This document shows, one piece after another, positions 9,736 to 20,067 of a stretch of 64,000 bases of DNA. Source of the DNA: an uncultured Acidobacteriota bacterium (GTDB taxonomy: Bacteria > Acidobacteriota > Thermoanaerobaculia > Multivoradales > JAGPDF01); assembly GCA_963700315.1 (NCBI GenBank), contig CAVOXC010000017.1:28062-92061 (forward strand), given 5' to 3'. Below the pieces are notes generated by a model that had not been told where the DNA came from, made no database searches, and worked only from the letters and a program-made list of their open reading frames with translations. The first letter of the stretch is position 1, and each line of letters starts with the position of its first letter. Position numbers and translations under genes: made by a program.

Positions 9736-10371
9736 CTATGACTCGGAACTCGATTGGGCTTCCATCTGGAAGGCTGCATATCCGGCGAGCGAGATTTGCT
9801 GCGGGATCGCATGCCTATCACAGCATCGATGGGCACGAAGTTGCCCGGATCCAAATCGCCGCCGAGTACGAATGGAACTCTTGGCATCAAACGGAAGCCT
9901 GTCGGCAGGGGTCCGTTGGAGACCTGCCAACGGTGTAAGTGCACAAATCCAGTTAGAGCTTCATATTCTGAGAGAAGCAGCTGGGCCCAGGATTCAAGCG
10001 AGCTGCAAAGCTCCTCCGTTTCACCTGTCGTTGCATCGAAGGAGAGAACACAATCCTCGCGAATGCGGAATTGTTTTCCGAAGGCGTCTTCCGCAAAGAA
10101 GTAGAGCTCCTTTGCTAGGTCGCCATACTCGTAGCGCCACAGGTTCTGGGTATTCCACAACTCGACCGGTATCGAATCGACTGCTGTGCCCGAAGGGAAT
10201 AGATGCAGAGCGCTCTCAAATGCATGGAATCCGTTCTTTCGAGTCTTTTAGTAGGAACCCAAGCTCCTCAAGAAGCGAGGAAGAAACAGAGTCCAAGGGT
10301 GTCTCGCCAGTCGTAGCACGATGACCTAGCGGCTGACTGCCGAGAGACAGGAGTTTCTTGAGCGCAGTCAT
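9736..10371 (-). pseudogene. Candidate RHS-associated immunity protein (SMI1/KNR4 or SUKH-like), disrupted by at least two frameshifts. Sits in a low-GC island just downstream of the RHS C-terminal toxin
   Basis: Minus-strand ATG at 10369-10371 gives MTALKKLLSLGSQPLGHRATTGETPLDSVSSSLLEELGFLLKDSKE. The protein continues in the +1 frame as NGFHAFESALHLFPSGTAVDSIPVELWNTQNLWRYEYGDLAKELYFFAEDAFGKQFRIREDCVLSFDATTGETEELCSSLESWAQLLLSEYEALTGFVHLHRWQ... (the N-part of ORF 9459..10160). A likely second shift leads into frame 9736..9930. Local GC is clearly lower than the flanks. The 3' end is uncertain. Confidence 0.35.
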
Positions 10372-10769
10372 GTACTTTCGGTGCCCACTACTCTACTACC
10401 TCGAGTCTTACCCGCGCTCCGTTTGGTACGCCGGTCAATTGGCGACCAATGGTCGCGCCAGCGCCTCGGTGGTGTCACTCGGATTGATTGGTCGGATGCT
10501 AGAGCCATAGCCCCCCTCAAGGAAGACGGCGGGTGGATATTCATCTCGATCTAGGCTCCTCACCCGCGGGACACCGCGAAGAGCCACAGCCCTTCGCATG
10601 GCAGCGTTGCTTCGATCGACAGTAAGTACCATTGGTTGGCCCGAGGCGACTCTGCATCGTCAATGTGTCTTGCCGCCTGTGGGTACCGCGTCCTGCTGAC
10701 AGTGACTACGCGAGAGGGGCGTCCTCCTTGGGAGTAGTGCTGACGGAGTTCGCCGCCTCCGCGGCAAAA

Positions 10770-13700
10770 TCAGGGCAAGAAGAAGACCTGCCGTGAGGCG
10801 TCTTTCAGGACGTAAAGCGATTCTGAATGGGCACCTTCAAAGAGGAGATCGTCGACAGCGATTGCAAGTGAAGAGAGTACGTGGATACTTGCAGCGATAA
10901 TCGCCACCAGCGCTGCAGCCTTGAAGATCGTTGGCGCGGCTAAAGCAAGCCGAATCGCGATGCCAGTCAGGAGACCTTGAAGAGTCTCGTGGCCGGATGG
11001 ATCTAGATGTGAGAGTGGTTCGCTACCTGCATAGAGATAGCGGTGGAGAGACACTGGTTCTGCTGCAATCCCGAAGAACGCATCCATCGATTGAAATCGG
11101 CCTACGAATGGCTCGAGCCACCTGGCTCGGTTGTAGTAGAAGCCGACGTTCGGGTCGAGCGCTTCTCCTGCGAAGAGGTAGGTGTTGGAATCGTCGCCCT
11201 GGTGGTCGAGCAGGGTTCCAAAGGCCTCGAGGGTGTATCTGTCGGTGACCTCTCCCGCCTGATTCGTGAGTGCCCGAATCGTTCCGATTCCTTCGGCGTG
11301 GAAGTAGCGGGGGATCCAGGCGCCAGGTGTACCTGGGTCGGGGCGTAGGGTGGCGAGGAGGTCGTCGCCTCTGACGTGGTAGGCGGTGAGGGTGCCGCTG
11401 CCGTCGGTTTCGGCGACGACTTGGCTCAAGACGAGGGTTCGGCCCGCGGCGCTGGTCTGGTGCCAGGGGTCGACGAGGTAGTCGACGGTTTGTGGCGGTT
11501 GGCCGGCGGGGGTGGTGACGGTTCGTACTCTCGTGCCGTCGGCGTCGTAGGTGTGGTCGACCGTCGTGCCGTCGGCGAGGGTCACGCGGGTCAGGCGGTT
11601 CTCGTAGTCCCACTCGTAGGTCGCGCCGTCGGGGCCGGTCTTGCCGGTCTGGTTGCCGTTCGGGTCCCAGGCGTAGGTGACTTCGTTCTCGGTCAGGAGG
11701 CGGTCGCGGGTGTCGTAGGTGTAGGCGACCGGGAGCGGGGTGCCGTCGCCCTGCGTGCGAGTCTGCTGGAGTCGATTGCCGACCGGGTCGTAGGTGAAGG
11801 CGTTGCGCCAGGCGGTCGGTGCATCCGGCGCCGTGCCATTCCTCGACGTGCTCGTCGGTCAGGCGGTAGAGCGGGTCGTACCGTAGTGGCGCGTCGTGCC
11901 GTCGTGCTCGACGATCTTGGTGCGGTTGCCGGTGGGGGCGAGGGTGTAGGCGAAGGAGACGATGGTGTCGCCGATGCCGTTGACCGCGGTGAGATCGAGG
12001 AGTCGATTCCTGTTGTCGTAGGCGTAGGAGGTTCCGACCCCGTTGGGGTGGGCGAGCGCCGCGCGGTTGCCGTTGGCGTCGTAGTCGTGGGCGTAGACGC
12101 CGCCGTCGGGGTCGGTGACGCTGTCGAGGCGGTTGAGGTCGTCGTAGCTGTAGGTCGTCGTCAGGAGCTCGCCGGCGACGTTGGCGGTGAGCGTCGTGCG
12201 GTTGCCGGCGAGCGTCGTGGGCGAAGCCGAGAGCGCGGCCGTCGGGATAGGTGATCGCCGTGACCCGGTCGCGCGCGGTCGTAGCCGTAGCTCGTCGTGC
12301 CGCGCGCGTCGACCATCGTCGCGCGCCGGCCGCTCGGCGTGTAGGTGAAGGCGTGGAAGCTGCCGTCGGGGTAGTCGCGCCGGGTCAGGCGGCTCGCGAG
12401 GTCGTAGCTGTAGCGGGTGAGCGCGCCGTCGAAGGCGACGCGGGTCTTCCTCTGGCCGGCGAGGTCGTAGGTGAAACGCTCGGTCGAGCCGCCGGGGAGA
12501 ATGCGCGCGGTCTGGCGGCCGAGGGCGTCGTAGTCGAAGCGGGTGACGTGGCCGTTGGCGTCGGTCTGCGAGATTCGATTGCCGAGCTCGTCGTAGCCGT
12601 AGGACGTGACGCCGCCCAAGGCGTCGGTGACCGCGGTCAGCCGGCCGAGCGCGTCGTAGGCGAACGCCGTCCGCACGCCCGCCTCGTCGATCTCCGCCGT
12701 CCGTCGTCCCAGCGGGTCGTACTCGCTGCGCCGGCTCGTGCCATCCGGGAAGACGGTGCGGACCATGCGGCCGAGCACGTCGTAGAGGAAGAGCGTCGCG
12801 ACGCCGCGCGGGTCGGTGACGCGGGTCTGGTTGCCGGCGGCGTCGTAGGCGAAGGCGGTCGAGCTGGCCGAGCGCGTCGGTGATCGAGAGGCGCCGGCCG
12901 GCGTCGTCGTAGGCGAAGGTGCGTCTCGTGGTCGCGGGCGTCGATCGCGCGCTCGAGCCGGCCGGCGGTGTCGTAGCGCTGTTCGATCTCGGCGCCGTCG
13001 GGGAAGCGGGTGAGGAGGAGCCGGCCGGCGAGGTCGTACACGAGCTCGGTCGAGCGGCCGGCGCGATCGCGGACGAGGGTGCGGCGCCCCTCGGCGTCGT
13101 ACGCGGTTGCTTCCAAGGTGCCGTCCGGGTGGTCGACGCGCGTCTGGCGGCCGAGGTCGTCGTAGGTGAGGGTCGTGCGCCGGCCGAGCGGGTCGACGGT
13201 CGCGGTGACCTGGCCGAGCGCGTCGTACTCGGTCGCGGTGAGCTGAGCCGTCGGGCGCGGTGCTCGAGAGCAGCCGGCCGGCGGCGTCGTAGACGAAGTG
13301 GGTGACGAGCGTCTCGGTGGTGCCGTCGGACCGGGTGCGGCTGCGCGTTTCGGTCCGCCGGTTGCCGGTCGAGTCGTAGGTGAACGTCGCGACGCTGCCG
13401 AGCGCGTCGGTCTCCGGCGAGGAGGTTGCCGCGCGAGTCGTAGGCGTAGCGGCTGATCTCGCCGAGCGGGTCGGTCTCGGTGAGCAGGTTGCCGCGGCTG
13501 TCGTAGGTGTAGGCCGTGAGTTGGCCGGCGGGGTCGGTCGTCTGGAGGAGATTGCTCTTCGAGTCGTAGGCGTTGGCGGTGACGCGTCCGTTGGGATCGG
13601 TCGAGGTGAGGACGTTGCCCTTGGCGTCGTAGGTGAAGGCGGCGACGTTGCCGAGCGGGTCGGTGACCGCGGTGAGGTTGCGGCTCGCGTCGTAGGCGTA

Positions 13701-16664
13701 GAGCGTCGGCGGCAGGTCGGCGATCGCCTCGGTGAGGAGCTGGTCGTCGGCGTCGAAGCGTGCGCGTGGTCGGCGACGCCGGTCTCGTCGATCTCGAGGA
13801 GAACGTTGCCGCGCGCGTCGTAGTAGAGCGAGCGCGAGGCGCCGAGGCGGTTGGTGACGACCTCGAGCCGCTCGCCGATGCGGTGGTCGTAGACGATCTC
13901 GTGGCCGTAGGCGTCGACGTGGCGGGTGAGCCGGCCGTCGGGGCCGTACTCGTTGCGGATCGGCGTGCGGCCGAGCGGGTCTTCGATCTCTTCGAGGTAG
14001 TGGCCGACGGAGTAGCGGATCTCGGTCACCGCGCCGGTGCGGTCGGTGACGGCGACGAGATCGCCGTCGCCGTCGTAGCCGTAGCCGAGCTCGCCGCCGG
14101 CCGGTTCGGTGATCCGCGTCACGCGCCCCTCGCCGTCGCGCTCGAAGGCGATCGAGACGCCGGAGGAGTGGGCGATGCCTCCCGGCGTGAAGGTCAGCGT
14201 GTTGTCGTTGGCGTCGACGATCTTGGTGACGCCGACGCCGCGCTCGAGCTCGAGCTTCCTGCCGTCGCGCGTGGTCAGCCGGACGCGCGCCGGGTGGAAG
14301 AGCTCGAAGCTCTCCGCAGTCGACCAGGCGCGTGTCGCCGTTGGCCCAGAAGACGGTGGTGTTGCCGAGCACCTGGAGGGTCGCGCCCGGCACCGGGCCG
14401 TCGACGAACTGGTAGGAGACGTTGGCGAAGCAACCGCCGCCGGTCGGGGCGAGGCTTCCGAGCACCGGCCGGAAGCGGTAGATCTCGCGATCGGTGAGGC
14501 GAATCGTCGAGAGATGGGGCGCGAGCTCGAGCGCCTGCTGGCAGGGCAGGACGCCGGCGGCGATCCGCCAGTCCGTGCCCGGCACGCGGTTGTGGACGAG
14601 GCTGCCCTGGCGGAGCTCGAGCGTCCAGCCGAAGCCGAAGTCGCCGCGAGCGCTCGCGGCGGCGGCTGTCGTAGCTGCGCAGCACCTGGATCGGCAGGCC
14701 GGCGAGCGGCACCTCGAGGTCGACGAAGGTGAGGGCGAAGTGGCCGATCTTCATCTGGCCGTCGACCACGACGTCGACCACCTGCTCGGCGGTGCGCCCC
14801 AGGGTGTCGGCTGCGGAGAGCCGGAGCTCGTAGAGACCGTTCTCGAGCAGCGTCGGGTCGAAGGTCGCGAGCGGCTGCGCCTCGACCGTGGCGGTGCCCG
14901 TGGCGAGCGGCGATCCAGGCCGGCGTCCCCCTCGGCGCGGAAGAAGAGCTCCCAGCCGGCGAGGGACGGCGAACGGACCGTGCCGACGACGGCCGTCGGC
15001 TCGGTCACCTCGTCGAGATCCGTGGGCGCGAGGATCGAAACCGTCGGCCCGTCGGTCGCGTTCGAGATCGTGAGCGTCGTCGCCGCGGTCGCGTAGATCC
15101 AGTAGCCGCGGCCGGGGCGGAGCTCCGCGAGGTCGTTCGCCCACGCGGGCACCGCCGGGTCGTAGACCTCCCAGGGATCCTCCGGGTCGGTCGGGTCGAA
15201 GCCGAAGACGCGCAGGTACTGACCGGCAATCGAGGCGAGCGCGGCGGCGACCGGTCGTGGCGACGACGCCGGAAAGCCGACGAGATTCCAGCCGAGGCAG
15301 AGCGGGATCGCGGTCTCGACCGGCTCGGGGCCGGCTTCGGGGAGCGTCGTTCCCGCGCTCCCCTCGAGCCAGAAGCCGATCGACGGCGAGATCGCCGCGA
15401 GATCGTAGCCGCCCGGCGCGGCGGGATCCCAGAGCTTCCAGGGATCGGCGAGACATCGCAGGCGTCGAAGGCGTAGACGCGGGAGTACGGCGCCCGCGAT
15501 CGGTGCGAGCACCGCGGCCGGCGCTGGATCGCCCGGGGTCCAGGAGATCGAGAGGAGATTCCAGGCCGGGAGCACCGGGACCGAGACCTCGGGGGTGGCT
15601 GCGAGCAGCTCGAGCGGCGGCGAGGCCTCCCCCTTCCGAACGAGCGAGAAGTCGGGAGGCGACGGCGGCGGCGGAACCTTTGCGAGCGGCGCGCTCGGCG
15701 CGCGCGGCGAGGGGCGCTCGCGGATGCCGTAGGGATCCTCCGGGTCCTGGGCTCGCCCTTCTTCCGTAGCCGATCTCGTCTCTTGCTCGGGCTGGGCGAG
15801 CGGGGGCGCGAAGGCCTCCGCGGGGCCCGCGGAGGCCTTCGAAGCGGCGCCGAGGTAGTTCGCTCGCTGCGAAAGCTTGCTGTTTAGGGGGGAAGGGCCG
15901 GAGATCGTGGCGCTCCGCGGACGGGCGCCGGCGGCGCTCTCGATGCTCGCGGCAAAGCTGGAGCTGCCGAGGCGGCCGTCGGCAGCCGCGGCATGCGAAC
16001 TGCCCACCCCTTCACTGGCAGCTCTCTCGGACCTGGGCCAGGCCCGAGCGGCGTCGGCAGCCGCGGCGAAGGCACGGCCCACCCCTTCACTGGCAGCTCT
16101 CTCGGACCTGGGCCAGGCCCGAGCGGCGTCGGCAGCCGCGACGAAGGCACGGACCACCCCTTCACTGGCAGCCTTCTCGGACCTTGGCCAGGTCTGAGGA
16201 GCGTCGGCAGCCCCGGCGAAGTCTCCGCCCGCCCTTTCACTGGCAATCTTCTCGGACCCTGGCCAGGCCCAAAGAGCATCGGCAGTCGCGACGAAGGCGC
16301 CGCCCACCCCTTCACTGCCAGCTTCTTCCGACCTCGGCCGGGCGCGAACGGCGTCGGCAGTCGCGGCGAGGGTCCGCCCGAGCCAAGACCGAACCAGGGC
16401 GAGCCCGGGCTGGACTCGGTCCGTGGCGAGCTCGAGGGCGGAGACGCGCCGCTGCTCGCCGTCGCGGAGGGTCGCGATGCCGAGCTCAACCGGCAGGCCG
16501 AGACCGAGCAGGGGGCCGGTCGGCAGCAGCGCCGAGGCAAGGAGGACCTTGGCCACCGCCCGCTCGAAGGATCCGAAGCCCGACCGGAAGCCGCCCGCCC
16601 CGCCCCGGCCGCCGCCATCCCCGATCGAACGGTCTCTTCCCCGGTCCCCTATCGCTCGCCCCAT
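10770..16664 (-). pseudogene. RHS/YD-repeat toxin gene (~1960 codons) broken by at least 8 frameshifts. Parts: N-terminal 25-aa tandem repeats, an RHS N-region, many YD repeats, the RHS core end motif, and a short hydrophobic C-terminal toxin module
   Basis: Fragments in several minus frames. 14751..16664 has the N-terminus MGRAIGDRG... with WPRSERAASEGVGRAFAAAADAARA repeats. 14275..15456 has ...VDLEVPLAGLPIQVLRSYDS. Frames 11859..14585, 12161..14122 and 12637..13116 are dense in YD repeats (TYAYDASRNLTAVTDPLGNVAAFTYDAKGNVLTSTDPNGRVT..., GYGYDGDGDLVAVTDRTG..., YSYDDLNRLDSVTDPDGGVYAHDYDANGNR...). 10770..11585 carries the last YD repeat YNRARWLEPFVGRFQSMD and the core-end motif HRYLYAGSEPLSHLDPSGH (matches N.Y.Y..N.P....DPxGL). 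A ~70-aa hydrophobic C-terminal module TLQGLLTGIAIRLALAAPTIFKAAALVAIIAASIHVLSSLAIAV... follows. Confidence 0.7.
15920..16340 (-). repeat. About five tandem copies of a 75-bp (25-codon) repeat inside the N-terminal region of the RHS gene
   Basis: Plus strand: cccaccccttcactggcagctctctcggacctgggccaggcccgagcggcgtcggcagccgcggcgaaggcacgg recurs with period 75 starting near 16004 and 16079, with more diverged copies on either side. Encodes AWPRSERAASEGVGRAFAAAADAAR-type units. Confidence 0.7.
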
Positions 16665-16791
16665 GCCTCTCCTCCGACAGCCGGTTCAGAAGGGTGCGAC
16701 TCGAGAGACGGATTCCGGTGCAACAAACTTGCGGCGAGGGCTCGAATCGCGTCCTGAGCACCGGGCCCGGCAGCTAGCCGGGCACGCCGCG

Positions 16792-16831
16792 CCAGGTGGC
16801 TGGCACCCGGCCTGACCACGTGGCTGGCACC
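16792..16831 (+). repeat. Two adjacent copies of the motif (CCAGGTGGCTGGCACCC ... CACGTGGCTGGCACC), 130-170 bp upstream of the RHS start
   Basis: gccaggtggctggcacccggcctgaccacgtggctggcaccttcgcg. Confidence 0.65.
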
Positions 16832-16926
16832 TTCGCGCGGGGCCGTCCAGTGCTGCCATTCACCAGGCAAGCCGCTGAATCCTCGAGACTTACGACGTGC
16901 TACCAGGGGCCTGGCGCCGGGGCAGA

Positions 16927-16952
16927 CTAGGTGGCTGGCACCTGGGACACCT
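16927..16952 (+). repeat. Copy of the motif in extended form (CTAGGTGGCTGGCACCTGGGACACCTGG)
   Basis: gactaggtggctggcacctgggacacctggg. Third copy in the 380-bp interval between the RHS start and the TPR gene end. Confidence 0.65.
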
Positions 16953-17043
16953 GGGAGAAGGAGCTGGGCGGTTCGCGGTGGGCGTCGGATCTGAGAGCTC
17001 GCTGAGGTTGGCGAGAGGGCGGACGGGCCGGTGGCCGGCGTCC

Positions 17044-19156
17044 CTATCGAACCTGGATCGTGACGGTCAGAGTCCCCTGGTTGTCGCTGAAGTTGCCCGG
17101 GGTGTCGTTGATGCTCAGGTAGAGACGACCGGCGGCCGGGGTCGGGCCGGAGAAGCGCTCACCGACAGTGAAGGTGGCGCTCGCCCACCTTGGCGACGAG
17201 CGCGGCGAGGGGGGCCGACGCCACGATCGTGCCCGGATGGATGTACTCACCGTGGCCGCCCGGGCCGAGAGCGGGCGGGCCGGTGTTCGACCAGCGGCCG
17301 GTCGCGGCGAGCTCGATCGACTGTCCTGTCGTGACATCGACGCCGGTGTCGAGCCACTCGACCGTGGCGGGCACCTCGATGCGGACCGGCTGGGCCGGGA
17401 TCGCGGCGCGCTGCGTCAGCATGCCGACGTTCGAGTAGGTCCGCGTCACGGTGGCCACCGACTCGCGCCAGGCCGGGGTCGTCTCGACCTGAACCTCCTT
17501 CGGGCCCGGCGCCGGAGCGGGTTCGGGCTCGACTCTCTGGTACCGCTCGACGGCTTGCAGCTGGTCGGGGGAGAGCCTGTCCGCCGTGACGCCGCGCAAG
17601 ACCTTCTGGCTCGCCGGAGCGTCGCCGACCTCCTCGAAGCGCTCGGCGGCCAGCAACCGTACCTCGAGTCCGCGCTTCGGCTCGCCGGTGGCTTCGAGTC
17701 CCTGGGCGTAGAGCAGCGTCAGGTCGGGATCGACCTTCGACTTCTGGGGCAGGTCGGAGCGCGACGTTCCGGCATCGAGCCGCCGCGCGACATCGAATGC
17801 GCGGCCGAGCTGGAAGAGCGCCGTCGTCGGCTGGCTCGTCGTCCCCCAACCCATCCTGCCGTTCACCGCGAGCGAGCCGTAGATCTGCCCCAAGGCGCGG
17901 TGGTACTCGAGGATCTTGTCGAGCTGACCGAGCTCGTAGGCGCGGTTCTTCGCGGCGAAGAGCCGGCCGGCGGGGTCGGCGTACTCTGCGGCGAGCGCGT
18001 CGAGCGCGGGGAGGTCGCGGCGCTCGACGTAGAGGTTGGCGAGGCTGCGCAGCGTCAGCGGGTCGGGGTCGTCGGCGAGGTCGACCGCGGCGCGGTAGCA
18101 GGCGGCGGCGGTCGCCGTTTCACGCCGTTCGCGGTAGCCGTCCCCGATCGCGCGCAGCGCCGCGCGAATGGCGTCCCGCCGCGGGAGGCCGCGCCTCTCG
18201 GTCCACTCGTCGTAGGGCTCACGCCACCAGCGGAACGGCTGCGCGTAGTTGCCGGGCGAGGCGTAGAGGCGGAGCAGCTCGGTGACGCCCGCGCCGAGAC
18301 CCGGCTCGTCGACGAAGCGCCGCAGGCGCCGAACTCTGGGCGATTCGAGGATCTCCAGAGGCGTGGCGTGCGCCTGCGCGAAGCTCGCCGCGATGGCGGC
18401 AAGCAACTCGGCGCGCAGGTAGGAGGGCCAGCCCGCCTCGAGCGCCGCCAGGGCGAGATCGGCGCCGCGCGAGGCCTGCCGGCCCTCGACCAGGCGCCAG
18501 AGGTAGCCGAGCAGGCGGTGCGGATCGCGGTCGCGAAGCTCGAGGTAGCGCCGCTGCAGGAGCTCGTGCGGCGCGTCGAGCCGCGGCTCGAGCAGCACGA
18601 CCTCCTCGTAGACTCGGAAGGCTTCGTCCCAGCGTTCCTGGTCGCGCAGGAAGTCGGCCCACTGCTGGAGGTAGAAGACCCGTCGGCTCCCGGGGCGCGA
18701 GGCGGCGAGCTCGAACGACTTCGCGGCGTTCGCCGAGTCGCCCAGGGCGAGCTGCGCCTTGCCGAGGTTGTAGAGCGCGGCGACCGCGCCGGGCTTGAGC
18801 TCGAGGACGCGGCTGTAGCCGGCCGCGGCGTGGCGCAGCAGCTCCTGAGCCTCCTCTCCTTCCCCCTGTTTCTCGGCCGCGAGCTGCTCCTCGACCGCCT
18901 GCTCGAATCGGAGCCGAGCTTCGACTGTGGCGGCCTCGGTCTTGGCCAGAGCGGCTTCGTTCCGGGCTGCCGCGGCTTCCGCCTGGGCCGCGACGGCTTC
19001 GGCTTTCACCGCGGCAGCTGCGGGCTCGACCGCCTTGGCCGTGACCTCGGCCCTGGCGCGGACTTCGGGACTCGCCTGGGCCTCGAGCGGAGCGTGTGCG
19101 CAGAGCGCGAGCGCGACCAGGGTGACGGACCCGACCCTTGTCGACTTTGCGCTCAT
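17044..19156 (-). CDS. Secreted TPR-repeat protein with a C-terminal lectin-like beta-sandwich domain (PA-IL/LecA-like ending). One apparent frameshift near 17195
   Basis: Start MSAKSTRVGSVTLVALALCAHAPLEAQA (signal; codon 195 of ORF 17159..19738). A coiled-coil, Ala-rich segment is followed by TPR-like helices (ALYNLGKAQLALGDSANAAKSFELA..., WDEAFRVYEEVVLLEP...). The C-terminus ...TGQSIELAATGRWSNTGPPALGPGGHGEYIHPGTIVASAPLAALVAKVG shifts frame into ORF 17044..17337: ATFTVGERFSGPTPAAGRLYLSINDTPGNFSDNQGTLTVTIQVR*. Its ATG overlaps the stop of the upstream gene (ATGA). Confidence 0.65.
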
Positions 19157-20067
19157 GGCGTCCCCCCTTCCTCGAGCGTCGTGACGATGCCGGCCTCGAC
19201 CTCCAGCGGATTCGGCTTGTAGATCTTCATGTAGACGAAGGGCTCCCGACAGGTGTCGAGCAGCTCTTGCAGGCGTGGGTGCCAGGCGAGTGGCAGCGCG
19301 TTGACGGCCGGAGCGCCGGAGACGATGCCGGCGCAAGCGAAGCTCTCGAGCAGGAGCTGGGTGCGCTCCCCCTCGATGTCCCCCGGGTGGGCGACGAGGC
19401 GGCGATCGAGGCGATTCTGGAAACGGACCTCGATCTCCGACTCGGCTTTGGCCTTGAGCCCCTTGAGCGGCAGGTAGAGCTTCTGCAGCGCGGCGTCGGG
19501 CGCGAGCGATTTCGAGACGACGATCTCCGAGAGGAAGCGCTCCTCGAGCGCCCGCATGGCGTCGGCGTCCTCGGCGACACGGTGCGCCAGCTCGGCGACC
19601 TTGGCGACGAGCTCCGTGGCGGTCATCTCGGGCGCGGCGAGGTCGCAGAGCGCCGAGAGCTCCAGCTCCGGGTAGGTCCAGGCGACGATGCCCCCACGCT
19701 CTGCCCGGAATCGCGCGCGGACCGAGGGCGGATCGCACGCGCCGCTCGGACCGTCGGCGAGGAGCAGTACCCAGCGCGGCGCGTCCGCCACGGCGTCTGG
19801 CGCCGCCGGCGTCCAGTCGAGGTAGAGGAAGCTCGCGTGCGCGATGCGCGCGAGCTCGGTCTCGACCGCCGCGACGACCTCCGGTGTGGTCAGGCGCGTC
19901 TGGTCCAGGGTCGAGCCCGGCTCGATCCGGAGCTCGACGAGCACCTGACGCAGAGGCTGGGCGGTCGCGGGCAGCGCGACGAGGAGCGCGGCCGCGACCA
20001 GCGGCGCGAACCGACGGCGCGGCCGCTCAGAGGTTCGCGGCGGGTTCGACGAACACCAGGTCGACAT
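19153..20067 (-). CDS. Hypothetical secreted protein (304 aa). Overlaps the 3' end of the CHAT gene by 41 nt and the start of the TPR gene by 4 nt
   Basis: MSTWCSSNPPRTSERPRRRFAPLVAAALLVALPATAQP is a signal peptide. Clean ORF with normal complexity and good GC3 bias. Confidence 0.55.
   Translation of the reverse strand: MSTWCSSNPPRTSERPRRRFAPLVAAALLVALPATAQPLRQVLVELRIEPGSTLDQTRLTTPEVVAAVETELARIAHASFLYLDWTPAAPDAVADAPRWVLLLADGPSGACDPPSVRARFRAERGGIVAWTYPELELSALCDLAAPEMTATELVAKVAELAHRVAEDADAMRALEERFLSEIVVSKSLAPDAALQKLYLPLKGLKAKAESEIEVRFQNRLDRRLVAHPGDIEGERTQLLLESFACAGIVSGAPAVNALPLAWHPRLQELLDTCREPFVYMKIYKPNPLEVEAGIVTTLEEGGTP

Noticed and set aside
16665-17043. Treating the 380-bp RHS upstream region as a coding gene (ORF 16897..17334 +)
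   Set aside because: The translation is Gly/Arg-rich with no GC3 periodicity. The region is better explained as a regulatory intergenic segment carrying three motif copies.
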